The position numbers were made by a program, and so were the translations under genes. Below the pieces are notes generated by a model. The model did no database searches, was not told where the DNA came from, and was given only the letters and a program-made list of their open reading frames with translations. A stretch of DNA of 64,000 bases from Mobula hypostoma (taxonomy: Eukaryota): the NCBI RefSeq assembly GCF_963921235.1, contig NC_086097.1:91204001-91268000 (forward strand), read 5' to 3'. Positions 37,316 through 52,122 of this stretch are shown here, piece after piece. Every line of letters starts with the position of its first letter. Position 1 is the stretch's first letter.

Positions 37316-38977
37316 AGGTGGCAGGATGCTTTGTAACAAAGTTTTCAACAACATCAGCTACTTATAGGAAACCCCAAAGCCCTATCATAAAAAGAACAGA
37401 ATGCAAAGACAACAGCAAACAGAAAGAAACATCACAAAGTCAATGTATGCCCAAAATACAGTGTAACCTTTGGAAATCCAGTAGCACAAGTCTCTACTGT
37501 TTGAATTGAATCCCACATTTCACTGCCTCTGACACATCCATATGTTGTATCCATTTGAAGGGGAGCACAACCAATGTTTCATATTCCAATTAAGACATGG
37601 CATTGGAGTGTCATCAACCAGCAGTTCTGATGTCATGCATCAGTCTCACTCTTTGAGACACTGGATAGTTGTCAGCATTTTGAATTAACAAGGGCATTCT
37701 ATTTAACAGAAGAAACAGCTTACAGTTTCAGGCTTTCATTTCTTACCGTGGTTTCCCTCCATAGAGGCAGACAGACTTTGGCACTTTTCACACTAAACTA
37801 GTTTGCAGTAGTTGTTTACACAATGCGATCCTTATGTGATACATCTTTAAACACAACAACATTCAATATGACATAAGCTACATATTTTATAATTGACGTG
37901 CATTGGGATTTGGCTGCAGACCTTTAGATGAGCTGAGATAGTGGCCAAAAAGGAGAAAAGCACAGACTGGTTAGCTGAAAATGCCCAATCCCTTGGTCAA
38001 TGTAACACTGTGTGTCCTATTTGTTATTTGAAAAGTAAGGCCAGACAGTGATCAACAACTGAGCGCATTCCACTTTTGGATTACTTTTGATAATATTTTC
38101 AAGTAAGTCATTTCATATGAGGATTGAACTCCTTCCAGTTAAATAATACCTTTTTCCTGAGACCATTGCTAAATGGATTACAGTGATTATTGCACTCTTT
38201 CTTTCTAATGCTCCTCAACTATAATTACAATCATCTATGCACTAAATAAATCATAGCATGAAGTCATGTAACACAGTTCAATTACAGTTCATCTTTCCTC
38301 AGAGCAGCCATGTACAAACCACCTAACTGAGGCATTGGATTTGCACACAGCCACTGTTCAATTAATAATATGATGTGTCAGTTGCTTCATTAGATAATTG
38401 AGCAAATTTTTTTAATTACTTCCATCAAATTCAAGAATCCCATCGACTCCCATGCAAAATGCAACATTGGCAGCCTCGTCCCATTAATGTCTATTTTCTT
38501 AATGACGACGGCTGCTGAAATTGCAGAGAGAAAGCTTTGGGGTAGACAGTGATGTGAGTTGTGCCTGTTTGTCGGCTGAAAATTGAATAGAAGTTTTGCA
38601 ATATGGAGGCCTGTGCCCCTGGGTGTGAGCAGATGACCGATCTCAGGCTAGCAACCAACAAGACTGCCTGCCTTCACCAGGAATTAAAACTTAATCTCCA
38701 GGACATTGTTGGAAGGAACAGATGTGCATACATTACAGGGAGAAATAAAAATGTGCTTTTTTAACACGTTATTGATTACCATCAGTAATTGGATTTTGCG
38801 GAAATGACAGCCTTACAGATAACTGATAACCCTAACTTGAAGAATAAGTTTTACTCTTGTCATGGGAAGAGGGATTCTACCTATGGATGACTCCGTATTC
38901 TACAGTAGAGAGGAAAATGGGGTTTCAGCTACAGAAAGCAGTAGGTCCTGTGATGGCAATTCCAGAAACATATCCAA

Positions 38978-39586
38978 GGAGAAGATGGCAGCGCGCCACG
39001 CGTGCGCAGCTCTCCGGTGAAAAATAATGTTGTATCTGTTAAATAGGGGCCGTGGGCAATTCTGATTTGATGGAGACAGACGTGAAAGCACAGAGGAACA
39101 TCTGGAGAAATTTCTGAAACGTTCGTTCACTGCTGTCGCTACTGTGCGGTCGGGAATCTTTTGGAGGGTAGGCCTCAAAATCCCCAGCCTTGCCTGCTTT
39201 TGGTAACCGAGGAAGAGGTCGAATCGCTCGGACAGAGATGGCGCTCAGTACTCGGTGTCGGAGAGCTGATCAGAACTCAAAGCTTTCAGATGACTCAGAG
39301 TCAGATTGTGGTCGGCATGGCAGGGAGAGTTCTTCCTCTCCCGTATGCATGAGATGTTGGATATTTGAGAAACTTTGAACTTTACTGTGCTCATGGACTT
39401 CTACATCAAGTTATAGTATTGTGCACTGTTGTAACTGTATGTTATAATTATGTGGTTTTATCAGTTTTTTTAGTCTTGGTTTGTCCTGTGTTTTGTGATA
39501 TCACACCGGAGGAAATAATGTATCATTTCTTAATGCATGCATTACTAAATGACAATAAAAGAGGACTACGTGTCTTCATAATCTAA
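38978..39586 (+). mobile_element. Non-coding SINE-like retroposon starting GGAGAAGATGGCAGCGCG
   Basis: CpG-rich 5' part, AT-rich 3' part, ends AATGACAATAAAAGAGGACT..CATAATCT; no credible ORF. Confidence 0.55.
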
Positions 39587-39639
39587 GATGATTGAGCGAT
39601 CATGGTTCCACCCATTTCTAAGGTTATAGAGTCATAGGT

Positions 39640-40670
39640 CATTGGGTCATAAGAGTATTACAGGACAAACAGGCCCTTCAGCCCAACTTGTCCATGCCTC
39701 CAAACATTTGCCTGCCTTATGCCAGTATCCCCTCTAAATCTTTCCTATACATATACTTTATCCAAGTTCCTTTTCAAAGTACTTGCCTCAACCACTTTCT
39801 TTGGCAGCTCATTCTGTATACCTCCCTCTCTGTGACAAAGATCCCCCTCAGTTCTCTTTCAAATTTTCTCCCTCTTGCCTTAAACCTATGACCTGTAGGT
39901 TTCCCTTTCCTTGGGAAAAAGACAATGTGCATTCACTCTATATATGTCCCTCATTATTTTGTAAACTCCTATAAATCACAGAATCAGAATCAAGTTTAAT
40001 ATCACCAGCATATGTCATGAAAGCTGTTGATTTGCAGAAGCAGTTCATTGCAATTAATAATAATAAAAACTATAAATTACATTAAGAAGTATCTATTAAA
40101 AACTAATTAAATAAGTAGTTCCAAAAGAGAAGAAAAAATGCTGAGTTGGTGTTTATGGGTTCATTGTCCATTCAGAAATCCAATGACAGAGGGGAAGAAG
40201 TTGTTGCTGAAATGTTGATGATCTTCCTGTGCAAAAGGGAGAACAAAGAAGTACAGGCCATTGAGCTAACTTCAGTGGTAGGGAAGTTCTTGGAGTGAAA
40301 TCTGAAGGACAGGGTCTTCCATCACTTGGATAGCAAAGGAATGGTCAACATGGTTTTGTTCATAGGAAGTCAAGTCTGATAAATTTTTTGAAGTTTTTCA
40401 AAGAGGTAACTAAGGAGTTAGGTTAAGGTAGGGTGGTGGATGTTGTCTATATGCACCTCAGTAAGGCCTTTGACAAGTTCACGTATGGCAGGCTGGACTA
40501 GAAGGTTAGATCACTTGCAACTGAGGGGGTGAAGGTTGATTCTCCATATGGAGGCCTGTGACCAGTGAGGTGTCCCACAGGTCTGAGTTGCTTCCTTTGT
40601 TAATCATCATTTATGTAAACGATTTGGATGTGAATTTGCGCAGCATTACAAGCAAATTTGCTGATAAAGT
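39640..40670. mobile_element. Cluster of decayed LINE fragments (CR1 3' end on minus, Rex-type tail on minus, CR1 RT on plus)
   Basis: ACAGGCCCTTCAGCCCAAC 3' end; CAGAATCAGAATCAAGTTTAATATCACC tail; IYVNDLD..SKFAD. Confidence 0.7.
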
Positions 40671-40937
40671 GGCTACTGAGCGTTTGAGACAGTGTGCTAG
40701 TGATGTGGATTGGAAAATCATTTCTACAGACAGTGGGAATTCACTGCTCGTGAAGTAGTGGAGTTGAGCTGTGCAGGGCCAAAGGCAGGGTTATGTTCAG
40801 AGTGCCAGTTGGAACAATACAAAGAAAATGACTTGTGAAAAGAACACCCATTAGGCGTATCTGCAACAAGACACTAAATAATTTACAACAAAATTTTGAG
40901 GTAAATGCAATCAGTGCCATTTCAATGTAAGATAAAA

Positions 40938-43900
40938 GATAGATCGATAGATAGATACTTTATTGCTCCCAAAGGAAATTACAGTGTCACAGTAGCATTA
41001 CAAGTGCATAGATACACAAATATTAGAAGAGAAATAAGAAAGAATAAAAATAAATTGCCTTAAAAATAAGATGTACAAAATTTATAAGTCAAAGATCACT
41101 TCCCTGGTTCTAGGTTGACTCATTATAAAGCCTCATAGCAGGGGGTAAGAATGACCTCTTTCCGCTGGGGTCCTTACTGACTTTCAGAATTCTAAACCAA
41201 TTAAACGCCAACGTGGAACCAGACGAGGATATCTGTTGAGCCCTTTGCTTTTTGATTTGATATTAGAACCTTCAGCAATTGCCTTTCGAGAGTCTAAAGA
41301 TATCACCGGTATTTTAAGGAAAGGTACTATTCATAAAGTTTCGCTTTATGCTGATGAGCCATTGTTTTTTATATCTAATGTTACAACATCTTTACCCTCC
41401 AATGTTTCTTTTACTAATTTTAGTCAGTTTTCAGAATATAAATTGAATTTACATAAGAGTGAATTGTTTCCTTTAAATAATTTGATACCATCCGATATTA
41501 ACCTTCCTTTTAAAATTGTAAGAAAACAATTTACATATTTGGGTGTAACAATCACTAAGACTTATAAAGATCTATTCAAAGAAAATTTTCTAACCTTAAT
41601 GAATTATGTGAAAAAGATACTTTCTAATTGGTCACCTCTCTCTTTATCATTGATTGGGGGAATTAATTCTATTAAAATGAATATTTTACCTAAATTATAT
41701 ACCTTTTTCAAGCTGTACCTATTTTTACTCCTAAGTCTATTTTTGATTCTTTAGATTCAATTCTTTCTTATGGAAGAACAGAAAACCCCAATTAAATAAA
41801 GCCCACCTTCAAAAAATTAAAAAGAATGGAGGCCTTGCTCTACCCGATTCTAGGTTATATTATTGGGCAATTAACATACAAAATTTTACATTCTGGTTAT
41901 ATTATATTAATTGCGAGGATTGACCAATATGGGTCTTTTTGGAAGCCAACTCTGTTACGAAATTTTCTATTATTTCTCTTCTCGGATCCTCTCTTCCTTT
42001 ATCTTTAAATAAATGAACTGACAGTTTGGTGGTTAAACACACTTTGAGGATCTAGGTACAGTTTAGAAAATATTTTGGTTTATTGAGATTTTCTCTTTCT
42101 AGTCCTTTTTTTCTAATTTTTTTAAAACTATCTATGACTGATCTGTTTTTTAGAGAATGGGATAGATTAGGCATTAAACGATTTCAGGATCTGTTTGCTG
42201 GAGGGACCTTTCTTCATTAGAGCAGCTCTCAGTGAAATATAACTTATCAAATACCCACTTTTTCAGATATCTACAGATTAGAGATTTCTTAAGATCTAAA
42301 CTACATATATTTCCTGCCAGCCTGGATAAGAACATAATAAATGTAATTTTTAATTTGAAACCTTTTGATAATGGCTCAATATCTTATATTTACGGTCTGT
42401 TGTTGGGACTGAGAATGGCTCCCTTAGACAAAATGAAAAAAGATTGGGAAAAGGATTTACAGACTTCATTATCTGATGAGACCTGGAGGGCTATTTTCAA
42501 AATGGTTAATTCTTCATCATTATGTGCTCGTCATTCTCTCCTACAATTTAAAGTGGTACATAAGGCTCATATGTCTAAAGACAAGCTCTCTCATCTTCGT
42601 GCAGATATACCTCCTTATTGTAACAGATGTAATAATGGTGAGGCTTCATTAGTTCATATGTTCTGGTCATGTTCGAGCCTTGAAAAGTATTGGAAAGATG
42701 TATTCCAAACTTTTTCTGTATTTTTTTAAAGTTAATTTTAAGCCCAATCCTTTGACTGCCTCATTTGGTATTGTTGAGGAAAGAGCTATAATTTTGGAGC
42801 CTTCTCATATACGGGTACTGGCTTTTATTTCTCTTATGGCTAGGAGGGCGATCTTGCTTAAGTGGAAGGAGATTGCCCCCCCCCCCCACATACATGCTCA
42901 ATGGTTATGCGATGTTATGTCAAGTTTAAATTTAGAGAAGATTCGTTGCTCGATTTCTGATTCAAATCAAGATTTTCAAACGTTATGGGGACCCTTTCTG
43001 AACTATTTTGAAAATCTTTGAATTGTTATTGTTATTAAAATATAGATCTGGGCTAATATTATAAAACACTATATGGTAAAGTACTCTTTTTTTTCTTTTG
43101 TTTTTCTTTTACCAGTCAGCTTTGTCTTGGTAGTGGGTGTAGTTTTTTTAATAGTTAAATTAACCATATTATTGTATTTCATAATTCAATTTATTTTATT
43201 TGATTAATCATGAATATGGGATACCGTGATTGTATCAGAGTGACCTATATATAGTGCATTTTGTGCTACCTCTTTTGATTTATAATAAGTATTCTTATGA
43301 ATTCTGTATTTGTGTACATGAAATTTCATTAAAATATTGGAAAAAGAAAGAAAGAAAGAATGACCTCATATGGAGCTCTTTGGTGCAACGCAGTTGTCTT
43401 AGTCTTTTACTGAAAGTGCTCCTCTGTTCAGCCAAGATGGCATGCAGAAGGTTGGAAACATTGTGCAGAATTGCCAGGATTTTCCGGAGGGTCCTTTGTT
43501 CTATCACAGCCTCCAGTGTGTCTAGTTTGACTCCTATAACAGAGCCAGCCTTTCTGATCAGTTTATTGCACCTGCTGGCATCACCTGTGTTGATGCCATT
43601 GCCCCAGCAAATCACCACATAGAAGATTGTACTAGTGACAACAGGCTGGTAGAACATGTGAAGGACAGGCTGGCATACTCCAAAGGATCTCAGTCTCCTC
43701 AGGAAGTAGAGGTGACTCTGGCCCTCTTTGTACACAACCTCTATGTTGGTGCTCCACTCAAATCTGTTATCCAGGTGCACCCCCAGGTACTTGTAGGTCC
43801 TCATCACATCCACGACCTCACCATCAATAGTAACATGGAGCAGTGCAGGCTTAGTCTTCCTAAAGTCCATCACTTGTCCTCCGTTGTCTTAATGATGTTG

Positions 43901-44660
43901 AGATGCAGATGATTCAGCTTGCACCATTTGACAAAGTCCTCCTGTCCTCCCTTTAGACACCCAAATATTGCTGAGTCATCAGAGAATTTCTGCAGATAAC
44001 ATGACTCAGTGCTGTATCTAAAGTCCAAGGTATACAGGGTAATCAGGATGGGAGTCAATACAGTCCCCTGTGAGACCCCAGTGCTGCTTATATCCATGTC
44101 TGACACACAGCTCTGAAGCTGCACATATTGTGGTCTGCCAGTCAGGTCGTCCATTATCCAGGATACAATGGAAGTGCCAACCTGCATTGAGTGGACCTTC
44201 TCCCCCAGCAATGAGGGCTGCAGGAAGGCACTTGAGAAATTTTTAAAACATGATCCTCACAGTGCTGCCCTTCTTATCCAAATGGGAGTGTTCTCTGTTC
44301 AGCAGGTAGATGACAGCATCGTCAACTCCAATGTGCTCCTGGTAGACAAACTGCAGGGGATGGAGGGCCGATCTGACCAGGGGTCAGAGGTGAGGCTGGA
44401 CCAGCCCCTTTAGGGTCTTCATGAAATGTGAGGTCAGGACCACTGGGCAGTAGTCATTCAAGACTTTCAGTTCGCCTTCTTGGGTACTGAGACCACACAT
44501 GATGTTTTCCACAGTCGGGACCCTTTCCAGGCTGAGACTCAGAGTGAAAATGAGTTGGAGAATTGTGGAGAACTTCACACAACTGCTCAGCACACTCCTT
44601 CAGGACTTCGGGGGATTCACACCATCCAGTCCCAATACTTTGCTGTGTCTCAGTTTCCCC
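40938..44660 (-). mobile_element. Rex1/Babar-type LINE interrupted by L1
   Basis: (GATA)n tail at 40938-40956; YKYLGVHLDN..W, QKFSDDSAI, NDYCPVVLTSHFMK. Confidence 0.85.
41159..43355 (+). mobile_element. L1-clade LINE, 5'-truncated and degenerate
   Basis: SPLLFDLILEP..VSLYAD, YLGVTIT, IKMNILPK; C-terminal CNRC..HMFWSC knuckle; A-rich (GAAA)n tail; 12-bp TSD AAGAATGACCTC (41147-41158, 43356-43367). Confidence 0.92.
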
Positions 44661-44679
44661 AGAGCCCTTCTCACCTGCT

Positions 44680-45414
44680 AAGTCATGAAGGTAAGTCCAA
44701 TCCTCATAGAGGGATCAGAAGTGGAGAGAGTGAGCATCTTCAAGTTCCTGGGTGTCAAGATCTCTGAGGATCTAACCTGGTCCCAACATATCGACGTAGT
44801 CATAAAGAAGGCAAGACAGCGGCTGTACTTTATTAGGAGTTTAAAGAGATTTGGGATGTCAACAAATACACTCAAAAACTTCTATAGTTGTACTGTGGAC
44901 AGCATTCTGACAGGCTGTATCACTGTCTGGTATGGAGGGGCTATTGCACAGGACCGAAAGAAGCTGCAGAAGGTTGTAAATCTAGTCAGCTCCATCTTAG
45001 GCACTAGCCTACAAAGTACCCAGGACATCTTTAGGGAACGGTGTCTCAGAAAGGCAGCGTCCATTATTAAGGACCTCCAGCACCCAGGGAATGCCTTTTT
45101 CTCACTGTTATCATCAGGTAGGAGATATAGAAGCCTGAAGGCACACACTCAGCAATTCAGTAACAGCTTCTTCCCCTCTGCCATCCAATTCCTAAATGGA
45201 CATTGAAGTTTTGGACACTACCTCAGTTTTTAAAAATATACAGTATTTGTGTTTTTGCATATGTAAAAAAAAATCTATTCAATATACATAATTGATTTAC
45301 TTGTTTATTTATTATGTTTTATTTTATTCATTATTGTTATTACTATTTTCTCTCTCTACTAGATTATGTATTGCATTTCATGTCACATGCCGGTGATAAC
45401 AAACCTGATTCTGA
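44680..45414 (+). mobile_element. Rex1/Babar-type 3' fragment
   Basis: ORF 44685..45206 VERVSIFKFLGVKISEDLTW..LLSSGRRYRSL..NSFFPSAI; tail CCTGATTCTGA. Confidence 0.88.
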
Positions 45415-45934
45415 TGGCTGGGGAGTTGGTGGAAGGGGGAGGCTGGGTGAGGTGAAGAATGGAACGATAGCATTCAGTATGGGGAGGTGTGGATGGTAGG
45501 TGCAGGGGAAGAAGGGGATGTAGACAGTGGTAACCTGAATTATGTGTCCATGTATTGAACTGGAGGGGGAAGAGGGGAGGTGATGGTGCTGAGGGAACAT
45601 TGTGGCCTTGGCATCTGGGCTGTTGTGCTGGGGGGGCAGGGGTGAACAGGAGGGCAATTTTCAAACCTATGGAAGAATTGGTTTTAACTCGATAGCCCAT
45701 TCACAGCTGCATTCCAAGGCTCCACAGCTAGGATGCTACCTCCAGAGAAGGTGGTGTCAGAGAATGCCGGAGTTACTCAACAGGTCAGGCAACATCAGTT
45801 GGGGCAGGGGAGAGAAAGAAACTCAACAGTTTAGAGCAGTGATCTTTCACCAGAACTGGAAAAGTAAGAAAATACCTTATTTCAGAGAAAAAATGGAGGG
45901 AACAACGGAAGTATGCGGGCAATACAAATACCTA

Positions 45935-47919
45935 TATCAGGATGCTATTTATTGACTACAGGTCAGCATTAAACACAATCATTGCTACAGTTCTGATTGA
46001 AAAGCTCCAGAACCTGGACCTCTGTACCTCCCTCTGCAACTGGATCCTCGATTTCCTAACCAGAAGTTCACAATCTGTGGGAATTGGAAACAACACCTCC
46101 AGTCAATCTACACTGGTTCGCCTCCGGGATGTGTGCTTAGTCCACTGCTCTACTCTCTCTACACCCATGACTGTGACTAGGCACAGCTCAAATGCCATCT
46201 ATAAATTTGCAGACAGTACAACCACTGTTGGCACAATCTCAGATGGTGACAAGAGGGCGTACAGAAGCAATCTATACCAGCTAGCTGAGTGGTGTTACTG
46301 CAACAAACCTGTACACAATGTCAGTAATATAAAAGAACTGATTGTGGACTTCAGAAAGGGTAGGACAAGGGAAAACACAAGAGTTCTCATAGAAGTGGAG
46401 AGAGTGAGCTGTTTCAAGTTCCTGGGTGTCAATATCTCTGAGGATCTAACCTGGACCCAACATATTGATGCAACTATAAAGAAGGCAAGACAGCAGCTAT
46501 ATTTCATTTGGAGTTTGAGGAGATTTATTGTGTTACCCCGTAACTGGGTTGCCAAACCAGCAGAAATGGACCAGTTAGTTGCAGTCTGGTTTAACAGAAG
46601 CTAATGAAGTTTTCTTAAAGAAATAAGTAACACAGTACTCTAATCGTAAGGATATAAATGCAACGGGTTAGCAATGATAGAACACACATGTACACAGAAC
46701 TAGGATAATAGGAATCAACCAAGCTCTATCGCAGTCTAGGGGTAAAATGATCAGTCTCAAGTGACACAGAGTTCAGTTCAGCTTAGTACCGTTCGCAGTA
46801 ATCGCTGTTGTGCCGTTGGAGAGAGAGAGAGAGAGATAGAGATATTCAAATCTGATTCAGCAGGCCTTTGATGTTCATCACAGTTAGCTCTCGGGCGGAC
46901 CCTTTGTTATGTCTTCTATGGTCATCCACTGTGACCACTCCGCTCCGGATACGACCGTTGTTCCGCGGTGAACCCGGCACCCAGGCAAGGGCGGACACAT
47001 ACACCAGGTTCTCGCCAATCGTACCCTTTCACCCTGTGCATCTATGGTCGGTTCCCGTGACCAGACCTCCAAACTCACACCAACTTGTGGGGGCACACCG
47101 CTCTTCCAGGGTCTCATTATCTCGTGATCTCGTGGTGTGTGTTGTGCCTTAGCGAACCTGTTCCTTTTATCCCCCTGCTGGGGTATCGCCTGTCCATCAA
47201 ACTTCAAACAGTTCAGGTTCAAAGCAAACGGTCTGTCAATATTCTAAAATGTGTATCTTTCTCGTTAATCTCTCTCTTCTCTCTTATTAGCATTTTGAAT
47301 GTTTCTCCATTGTCTCCCTTATCTCTCTCATCAGCATCAATCTTCTGATAACTTGGTTTTTCATCACAATTGTCACCAAAAAGACTTGCAAATTTCTACA
47401 GATATACCGTAGAGAGCATTCTAACTAGCTGCATCACCGTCTGGTATGGGGGGGATGGGGGCTAATGCACAGGATCGAAATGAACTGCAGAGAGTTGTAA
47501 ACTCAGTCAGCTCTTTCATGAGCACGCATCTCCACAGTATTCAAGACATTTTCAAGGAGTGGTGTCTCAAAAAGGTGGCATCCAGCATTAAGGAACCCCA
47601 TCACCCAAGACAATTGGGTGTCTTCTTATTGCTACCATCAGGAAGGTAGTACAGAAGCCTGAAGGCACACACTCAATGATTCATGAACAGCTTCTTCCCC
47701 TCTGCCATCCGATTTTTGAATGGACATTGAACCCATTAAAAAAACTACTTTTTTATTTCTATTTTTGCACTACTTATTTAATTCAACTATTTAATATTTT
47801 TATTCATTCTGTAATTCACAGTTTTACCTCTATTATTATGTATTACATGGTACTGCTGCTGTTAAGTTAACAATTTTCAGGACATATGCCGGTGATATTA
47901 AACCTCATTCTGATTCTGA
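45935..47919 (+). mobile_element. Rex1/Babar-type LINE interrupted by a solo LTR
   Basis: [34 protein letters not shown]; resumes at 47373; tail TTCTGATTCTGA. Confidence 0.87.
46531..47368 (-). mobile_element. Solo LTR, 838 bp
   Basis: TGTTA...TCACA termini; 4-bp TSD ATTG (46527-46530, 47369-47372); host LINE rejoins across it. Confidence 0.85.
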
Positions 47920-50577
47920 AATACCTATTATAAAATGAAGACAAAGATTTTACCATTGTAGAGAGATAGTAAGTGCTTAAAATCACACCTTTGTGTTCTA
48001 GTCCTCATCCCTGTAATGCAATCTCCCATCCCTGTAATTTCCTCCAATGCTCTAAATTTAAGATTGCTGTTCTTTTTAATTCTGACTTCTTGAGCATTCC
48101 AAATTTCCTTCCTCCACCCTCCCATCTCCACGCTCACTATTAGCAGTCACACTCATGCCATTCTGGGTTTCAAGTTCTGAGTTTTCCCTTGCCTAATCCT
48201 TTCCACCTCTCTAACTCAAATGTACTTTTCAGCATCCTCAGTTACAAAATGCATTGGGATGTTTTTGCTGCATAAAAGCTGATTTATTGAGGAATCTTGT
48301 AACTGCCATGTGAATGAGAGCAGGCAAAACTCCTGTTGACATCCTATTAAATCAACCATTGTATTGGAAGTTGGAAGAAGAAAGTGAATCACTCTCTGCC
48401 TCTGCCCAAAGAAACAGGGATCTCATCCATTACTAACACCAGGCCCCCAACTTCACCCATCTCCACGGCCTCACCATCTCACCCCGCAACTCATCCAATG
48501 CAGGGCTCTTACCGTCTATAGTCAAAGCTTTTCTCCTTTCATTTGTGGCTGGATTTTCTCTCAAAAGTGAACAACAAACAGTATACAGAAATTTCAGTCA
48601 GGTATCCTAAATCAGAGTTTATTATCTATGCTAAGTGTTTGACATTTCCAAGATTTAACTATCAATTGTAATACAGTAGAATGGGTTAGAGTCTGTCTCC
48701 TGTGAAGCTTGGGTGCAATAATCTAGTAGAGTACTGAATGAATGCTTCATTACTCTGCAGCCTCACTAGGATGTGAAAGGTCCTATGCATTATTTGGACT
48801 CATATCACTACATCAATGCCTAGAGTCCTGGTTAGTATCTGCCTTTGAAGCCATGCATTACTACACCGTTGTTTGCGGGACTTTACAGTGCACTTCTTCA
48901 GGAACACACTTTCTATGTTGCACCAGGGACTACAGAAGAATTCAATTGGCTCAAGATTGCAATGATACCTCTTGAAGTCATAAATGGCATAGATACAATG
49001 TAAAGTTCTTTTCCTAACTGCGGTAATCAATTATAATTTAGAAGATATTATAGATTAAGTAGTTCCCTTCTCCCTTCTGCTTGTCGCTTTCAAATCTCCA
49101 TTACTTCATAATTTCACATTCTGAAAAACATTTTTCATTGCCTCATCGAATTAGTATCCATTTGGAGAAGGCACCTCTAATCAATAACACAACATAGACA
49201 TTAATCCAAGGTAAACAGTCTCCGGTTCTTGTGAATAATAACCTGAAGGTGCATTCTGGATTATACTGCAAAGCATCTGCAGAGCTAACCAAGCATGGGA
49301 AGGGCTGTTTGACTGCCTGCACCATTATATTGTGTGAGATAGGCTGACTTCCATTGATGTTAAAATTCCCTCTACCATGGAGAGGGAAATATGGAGCTAG
49401 CCACCATATGGTTAGTGGATATCCCTTCCCTAAGATGGTGTCTGGGATAACTAGAGACACAACAGTCTGGCATAAGCAGAACATATCTTGAAAACTCCAA
49501 GCATTGACCATTCTCCAGCAGACAGTGAGAGAGTGAAATGGCATTTTTCAGGTGCAGAGATCAGGGCAATGTTGTAATCTGGACCACATTGTTGGCAAGT
49601 CCTGGAAACATGACCAAGTTACTCTTTTCTCTTACACTGTGACGTGTTGCAGACTAAGATGTTAGCAGTGTATCCAGTAACAGGACAAAGAAACCAAGAC
49701 CACAGTCACATAACCATTCTCCAGGTAATCCCCTTCTCACAGGTGGACTACAACTGAAATCGAGATCCCAGCAAGTATTGACCCTTGGTCAGCACCTTCT
49801 CCCTGAAACAGTCTCTGCCAATAGTACTTCTGGCCGAGGTGCACCCAGCAGAGTGGATCTCTGAATGAGTGTGAATAGTAGGGCCTTCCTCTTTCCTTTG
49901 CAGTTATATTGCAGTGCAGCTCTATGTGAACTTGTAGCGCAATTAGAAATGGGCAGGTGTAACTGTCTGCGCATCACTGAGTCATGGCTGAAAGAAGATC
50001 ATAGTTGGGAGCTTAACATCCAAGAATACACTTTGTATCAAAATGACATGCAGGTAGACAGATGGGGTGGGGTGACTTTGATGGGAAAAGTGAAATAAAG
50101 TATTTAGAAAGAGGTGACACAAGATCTGAAGGTGTGGAGTCCTTGTAGGCAGAGCTAAGAAATTGCAAGGGTAAAAAGACTGATGAGAGTTATATACAGA
50201 TCTCTGAACAGAAGCCAGGATGTGGGGTACAGCTTACAACAAGAGATAGAAAAATCATGTAAAAAAGATAATGTTATGATCATCATGGAGTGTTTCAATA
50301 TGCAGATAGGTTGGGAAAATCAGGTTGATGCTGGATTCCAAGAGAAGGTATTTGTGGAATACATACAAGATGGCTTTTTAGAGCAGCTTATGGTTGAGCC
50401 CACTAGGGAAAAGACAATTCTGGATTGACTGTTGTGTAATGAACCAGATTTGAATAGGGTGCTTAAAATAAAGGAATCCCTAGGAAGCGGTGATCATAAT
50501 ATGATAGAATTCACCCTGCAGTTTGAGAGGGAGAAACTAAAAGCAGGTCTATCAGTATTACTTACAGCAGTAAGGTA

Positions 50578-51035
50578 ATTACAAATTGCTTTGCTCACTG
50601 CGGTTTCAAGCGTTTAGGCTTGGAGATGCCAGAAATGGCCAGGAATGAAAATGAAACAATTTCCCCACTTCAACAAGTTAGGACCTATGAAGAATTTGAA
50701 GTTTTCAACAATCATCTTGAATGTTACAATGAAAATGAAGACTAAGAGTATGCAATTGTTAATAGCATTGTATGAAGGCAACAACTACCTGCACTAAGTG
50801 TCTGTACTGATCTTGTTCAATGCGTACACTCGATGAATTCCTCTGTTGATAACTACAAGGAACTAATACACTGTTTTATAGTACTGTAGTACTATTGGTA
50901 ATGTTCTAATTAGTTCTGTATTTCATTTAAATACAGTTTGTCTTTTTTATACCTTAATTATTTCAATGAAACTTCGACGAATTGGTACAGCCAATTAATT
51001 GGGCCAAAATGAATTGGTCCCAATGTGTCCATTGT
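50578..51035 (+). mobile_element. Tigger/pogo-like DNA transposon remnant
   Basis: Translates ITNCFAHCGFK (pogo/TIGD C-terminal-like); AATTAATTGGGCC..TGTGTCC end; interrupts the CR1. Confidence 0.5.
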
Positions 51036-52122
51036 ATTCCAAAGAGAGATTGGGGCAACTGTGGCAGGCAAGTGAAGTCAAAGATAACATAAAAGCAAAA
51101 GAAAGGGCAAAAATTAGTGGGAAGTTAGAGAATTGAGAAGCTTTTAAAACCAACAGAAGGAAACTAAAAGGCAATAATGAGACAAAAGAGGATATACGAA
51201 GGTAAGATAGCCAATAATATAAAATATGAATGTAAGTTAGCTAATAATATAAAAGGTTACCAAAAGCTTTTTCAGCTATATAGAGTAAAAGAGAGGCAAG
51301 AATGGATAGCAGCTCATTGGACAACTATGCTGGATAGGTAGTAATGAGCACAAAGAAATGGTGGATGAACTTAAGTATTTTGCGATAGCTTTCATTTCAG
51401 TAGACACCAGCAGTATGCCAGATATTGGAAAGTGTCAGGGGACAGTAATGAGTGCAGACGCCATTAGTAGGTGGAAGATGCTTCGGAAGATGAAAGATCT
51501 GAAGATAGACAAATCATGTGGAGCATTGGACTACACTCTAGGGTTATAAAAGAGCTGGCTGAGGAGATTGTGGAGGCATTAGTAATGATCTTCCAAGAAT
51601 CACCGGATTCTTGAATAGTTCCAGAGGACTCGAAACCTGCAAATGTCATTCCGCTCTTTAAGAGGGGAGAGAAACAAAAGGCAGAAAATTCTAGGCTAGT
51701 TAGCCTGACTTCTGTAGTTGGGAAGATGTTGGAGTCTATTATTAAGGATGAAGTTACAGGGTACTTGAAGGCACATGATAAAATTGGCCAAAGTCAGTAT
51801 GATTTCCTTAAGGGGAAATCATGCCTGACAAACCTTAGAAAATACCAGGCAGGAGTTTGGCTGACTAGCAAGAGGAAAAGGGTGGCAATAAAGGGGCCCT
51901 TATCTGGTTGGTTGCCAGTAACATGTGTACCACAGGGACAGCTGGGACTGCTTCTTTTGATGTTATATGTCAAATATTTGGATGATGGAATGAATGGCTT
52001 TGTGGCTAAACTTGCAAATGATATGAAGATAAGTGGAGAGGCAGGAAGTGTTGAGGAAGCAGGAAGTCCACAAAAGGATTTAAACAGGTTATGAGAAGAG
52101 GCTAGGAAGTGACAGATGGAAC

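Noticed and set aside
37735..37800. Minus-strand splice donor (CACG|GTAAG) as a host exon
   Set aside because: No convincing acceptor, no recognisable peptide and no partner exons
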